In this document: positions 61,568-64,000 of the stretch, piece after piece
Numbering within the stretch: the first letter of the stretch is position 1
Layout: each line of letters begins with the position of its first letter
Origin: an uncultured Actinomycetota bacterium
GTDB lineage: Bacteria; Actinomycetota; Actinomycetes; JAHEKZ01
Assembly (NCBI GenBank): GCA_963743915.1
Contig: CAVURN010000003.1
Coordinates: 256,001 to 320,000, forward strand
DNA length: 64,000 nt
Reading direction: 5' to 3'
Made by a program: the position numbers and the translations under genes
The notes under the pieces: generated by a model
Database searches by the model: none
What the model saw: the letters and a program-made list of their open reading frames with translations, nothing else
Told to the model about the DNA's origin: nothing

Positions 61568-62918
61568 ATGGAATCGGTGATCACCCCGCCCCTGCGTGCC
61601 CGTCTCGAGCAGATCCGCGACGAGGAGACGTCGGCGTTCCACTCCCGCATCCCACGCTCCCGCGACTGGCTGGAGAGCGCCGGTGAGGTGATGCCCAACG
61701 GTGTCCCCGTCTCGTGGATGGCCGGCTTCTGGCGGCACTCACCGGTCGTGGCCGCGTCGGGCTCGGGCAGCACCTTCACCGACCTGGACGGTCATCGCTA
61801 CCGCGACTTCAACCTGTGCGACCTCGCCATGGCCGCCGGCTTCGCGCCTCCGGCCATCGTCGAGGCGGTCACCCGACAGGCGGCGCTGGGCAACCACTTC
61901 CTGCTCCCCACCACGGACGCGGTCGAGGTGTGCCACCTGCTGCGCGAGCGCTTCGGCCTGCCCTCGTGGCAGTTCACCCTGTCGGCGTCCGGCGCCAACC
62001 TCGACGCTCTGCGCCTGGCCCGCGCCTTCACAGGGCGGCAGAGGGTCGTCGTCTTCGGCGCGAAGTACCACGGCCACCTGGACGAGCTGCTCTGGTCGGA
62101 AGGGCAGCCGGATGGCCTCGGGCTGCCCGACAGCTCCGGACGCCACCTCGTCACGGTGCCCTTCAACGACCCGGCCGCGCTCGAAGCGGTACTGGCAAGC
62201 GACGACGTGGCAGCGGTGGTGCTCGAGCCGGTGATGACCAACTGCGGGCTCGTGATGCCGCAGCCGAGCTTCCACGCCCAGCTGCGGACGGTTACTCGGC
62301 AGCACGGGACGTTGGTCGTCGCCGACGTGACCCACACGCAGTTCGCGGTCTTCGGGGGCGGCGCCCATGGAGAGGGCCTCGACCCCGACATCATCACGGG
62401 CGGCAAGGGCATCGGGGGCGGCGTACCCGTCGGTGTCTTCGGCATGACCCGGGTCCTCGCCGACTACCTCGCAGCGCACGTCGAGGGCGACTTTCGTCGA
62501 CGCGCCCGCGGTCCCGACAGGAGGCACCCTCTACGCCAACGCATTGTCGATGGCCGCCGCCCGTGCCGGCCTCGCCGAGATCTTCACACCTGAAGCGCAC
62601 GACCGGGTCGACGGTCTCGGAGCGCGCCTGCAGCGCGGGTTGCAGCAGCTCGTGGACGAGGCGGGCCTGCCCTTCACCATCGATCGCTGGGGCGGTCGCG
62701 TGCAGTGGCGCCTGAGCACCGAGCCCCCCGTCACCGGCGCGGACGGCTACCTCTCGGTCGACGAGGCCTTCGCCGACGCCCGCAAGGCCTTCTACGCCAA
62801 CCGCGGGATCTGGGACGCCATCGCCACCGCTGGCCCGGCAGTGTCATTCGCGGCGTCCGACGCCGACGTCGACGCCTACCTCGACGTCAGCCGCGCGTTC
62901 CTCGCTGCGCTGCGCTGA
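61568..62918 (+). CDS. Class III PLP aminotransferase (GSA aminomutase-like), frameshifted
   Basis: TDLDGHRYRDF, ALRLARAFTGR, YHG, VPFND, LEPVMTN, ADVTHT, TGGKGIGGG, GGTL.AN. Confidence 0.85.
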
Positions 62919-62939
62919 TCCGAGCGGGCTGACGCCGTG

Positions 62940-63773
62940 TCAGCCCTTGCCCAGGTGTGACGCCAGGAACGCGAAGGCGTCGAGCGTCTGGTCGTTCCAG
63001 TAGACGCGGGTGTGTTGCCCCTCGCTGAATGACGCGATCTCGGGCTCTTCGGGCAGGGCGGCGACCAAGGCGCGGACCGAGTCGTAGAGCCCGTCCTCGG
63101 TGCCGCACCAGATGCCGAGGGGGGTACCCGTCAGAGCATCGACGTCCTCGAACACCGCATCACCTTCGCTGACCGCCGGCGAGAAGGCCGCCACCGCGCG
63201 CGCCCATCCCGGCTCGACCTCGGCCATGCGCAGCACGCCGTAGCCGCCCATCGACCAGCCCCACAGCGCGCGCCGGTCTCCGTCGAACCCACGCTCGTCC
63301 AGCCACTGCGGCATCTCCTCGAGCACCATGGCCTGCGGGTTGTCTCCGTCCGGCTGCGGCTCCCAGCGCAGGACGTCCCCGTGTGCGCCGGCGAGGACGA
63401 AGGGATCGGCCCCGGCGTCGACAGCTGCGGTCAGGAACTGGGGCAGACCGAAGTCGGCGTACATCGTCGGGTTGCCGGTGGCGCCATGGCAGATGACCAC
63501 GACGGGGAGGCCCTCGCCTTTGCCGTAGCCGGCCGGAACGGCGGTGAACAGGTCCACGTCCTTGCCGCGCTGCTCGCTGTACACGGTCTCGAGCGTCACG
63601 CGTCCGACCTCGGCGTCGGGGATGAAGGCGACGGGAGGATCGGTGAAGAGGTTCGTGATCCTGTTCGTCACGCGCCCTGGCAGGAAAGGCCAGGAGGCGG
63701 CCGCGCCCAGTCCCACTCCCGCGACGACGGCTCCGCCCACGAGCAGACGCCGACGCGTCACGGGTTCAGTCAC
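62940..63773 (-). CDS. Alpha/beta-hydrolase esterase with Tat-like signal
   Basis: TRRRLL plus hydrophobic stretch, CHG, GWSMGG nucleophile elbow, GQHTRVYW. Confidence 0.85.
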   Translation of the reverse strand: MTEPVTRRRLLVGGAVVAGVGLGAAASWPFLPGRVTNRITNLFTDPPVAFIPDAEVGRVTLETVYSEQRGKDVDLFTAVPAGYGKGEGLPVVVICHGATGNPTMYADFGLPQFLTAAVDAGADPFVLAGAHGDVLRWEPQPDGDNPQAMVLEEMPQWLDERGFDGDRRALWGWSMGGYGVLRMAEVEPGWARAVAAFSPAVSEGDAVFEDVDALTGTPLGIWCGTEDGLYDSVRALVAALPEEPEIASFSEGQHTRVYWNDQTLDAFAFLASHLGKG

Positions 63774-63800
63774 CCGGCGAGTGTAGGGCCGGGCAGACCG

Positions 63801-64000
63801 TCACGCGGCGACGGAGGCGACAGCGTCTGCCACGAGTGCCAACGCGGCTCGCAGGTCGTCCGGCGGCATCACGAGTGACGGCTGAATGTTCAGGCTGGTG
63901 GTGCTCGAGTCGACGAGGACTCCACGTTGCAGCGCCGCTTCCGCGACCCGACGCTGAAGGTCGGGGGCTCGTTCCTTTGTCCGGGAATCGCTCACCAGCT
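63801..64000 (-). CDS. Class III aminotransferase, C-terminal fragment (truncated by window)
   Basis: ELVSDSRTKE..., A.QRGVLV, LNIQPSLVM C-terminal pattern. Confidence 0.65.
   Translation of the reverse strand, partial: LVSDSRTKERAPDLQRRVAEAALQRGVLVDSSTTSLNIQPSLVMPPDDLRAALALVADAVASVAA

Noticed and set aside
239-62918. A dozen or more frameshifted genes (NRDE, fdhD, fdsA, NMO, three GNATs, fhaB, sortase, DUF881, serine hydrolase, aminotransferase) read as pseudogenes or programmed frameshifts
   Set aside because: The breaks are small indels with all motifs intact and no in-frame nonsense decay, and they hit conserved core genes. Long-read consensus error is the simplest explanation; read polishing would settle it.
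1-64000. CRISPR array, rRNA, transposase, integrase, prophage or defence genes
   Set aside because: No regularly spaced repeat-spacer array and no such motifs seen; the repeats found are dispersed, not arrayed.

Overview
High-GC actinobacterial chromosomal window, probably just left of oriC. Many genes are broken by single-base frameshifts, most likely long-read indel errors. Left part: end of a PucR regulator, NRDE/TANGO2 protein, FdhD, a soluble Mo-formate dehydrogenase operon (fdsG-fdsB-fdsA, with FdsD apparently fused to FdsA) and an ABC exporter. Next is a PucR-linked catabolic cluster (APC permease, two SDRs, ureohydrolase, CE4 amidohydrolase) beside a divergent module of AcuI-type acryloyl-CoA reductase, ADP-forming acyl-CoA ligase and a Kal/Acl-type aminoacyl-CoA ammonia-lyase. 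That module is the best candidate for an undescribed pathway: beta-amino acid (beta-alanine) deamination to propionyl-CoA. Middle: trpB2, SulP-DGK-PAP2, serS, GGDEF-EAL, pheA, DUF5926, glpQ, Fpg/Nei, then an accessory block with an agmatine deiminase operon lacking carbamate kinase, a DksA/TraR gene with an attenuator-like leader, and MMPL, ending at tRNA-Leu(CAG). Right: the conserved fhaA-fhaB-pstP-rodA-pbpA-pknB / trpG / sortase / DUF881 / crgA / rhomboid / ppiA cluster. Non-coding signals: two dispersed REP-like repeat families, a candidate sRNA hairpin with a C-rich loop, two candidate uORF leaders and many leaderless starts. All calls come from reading motifs by eye; no searches were run.
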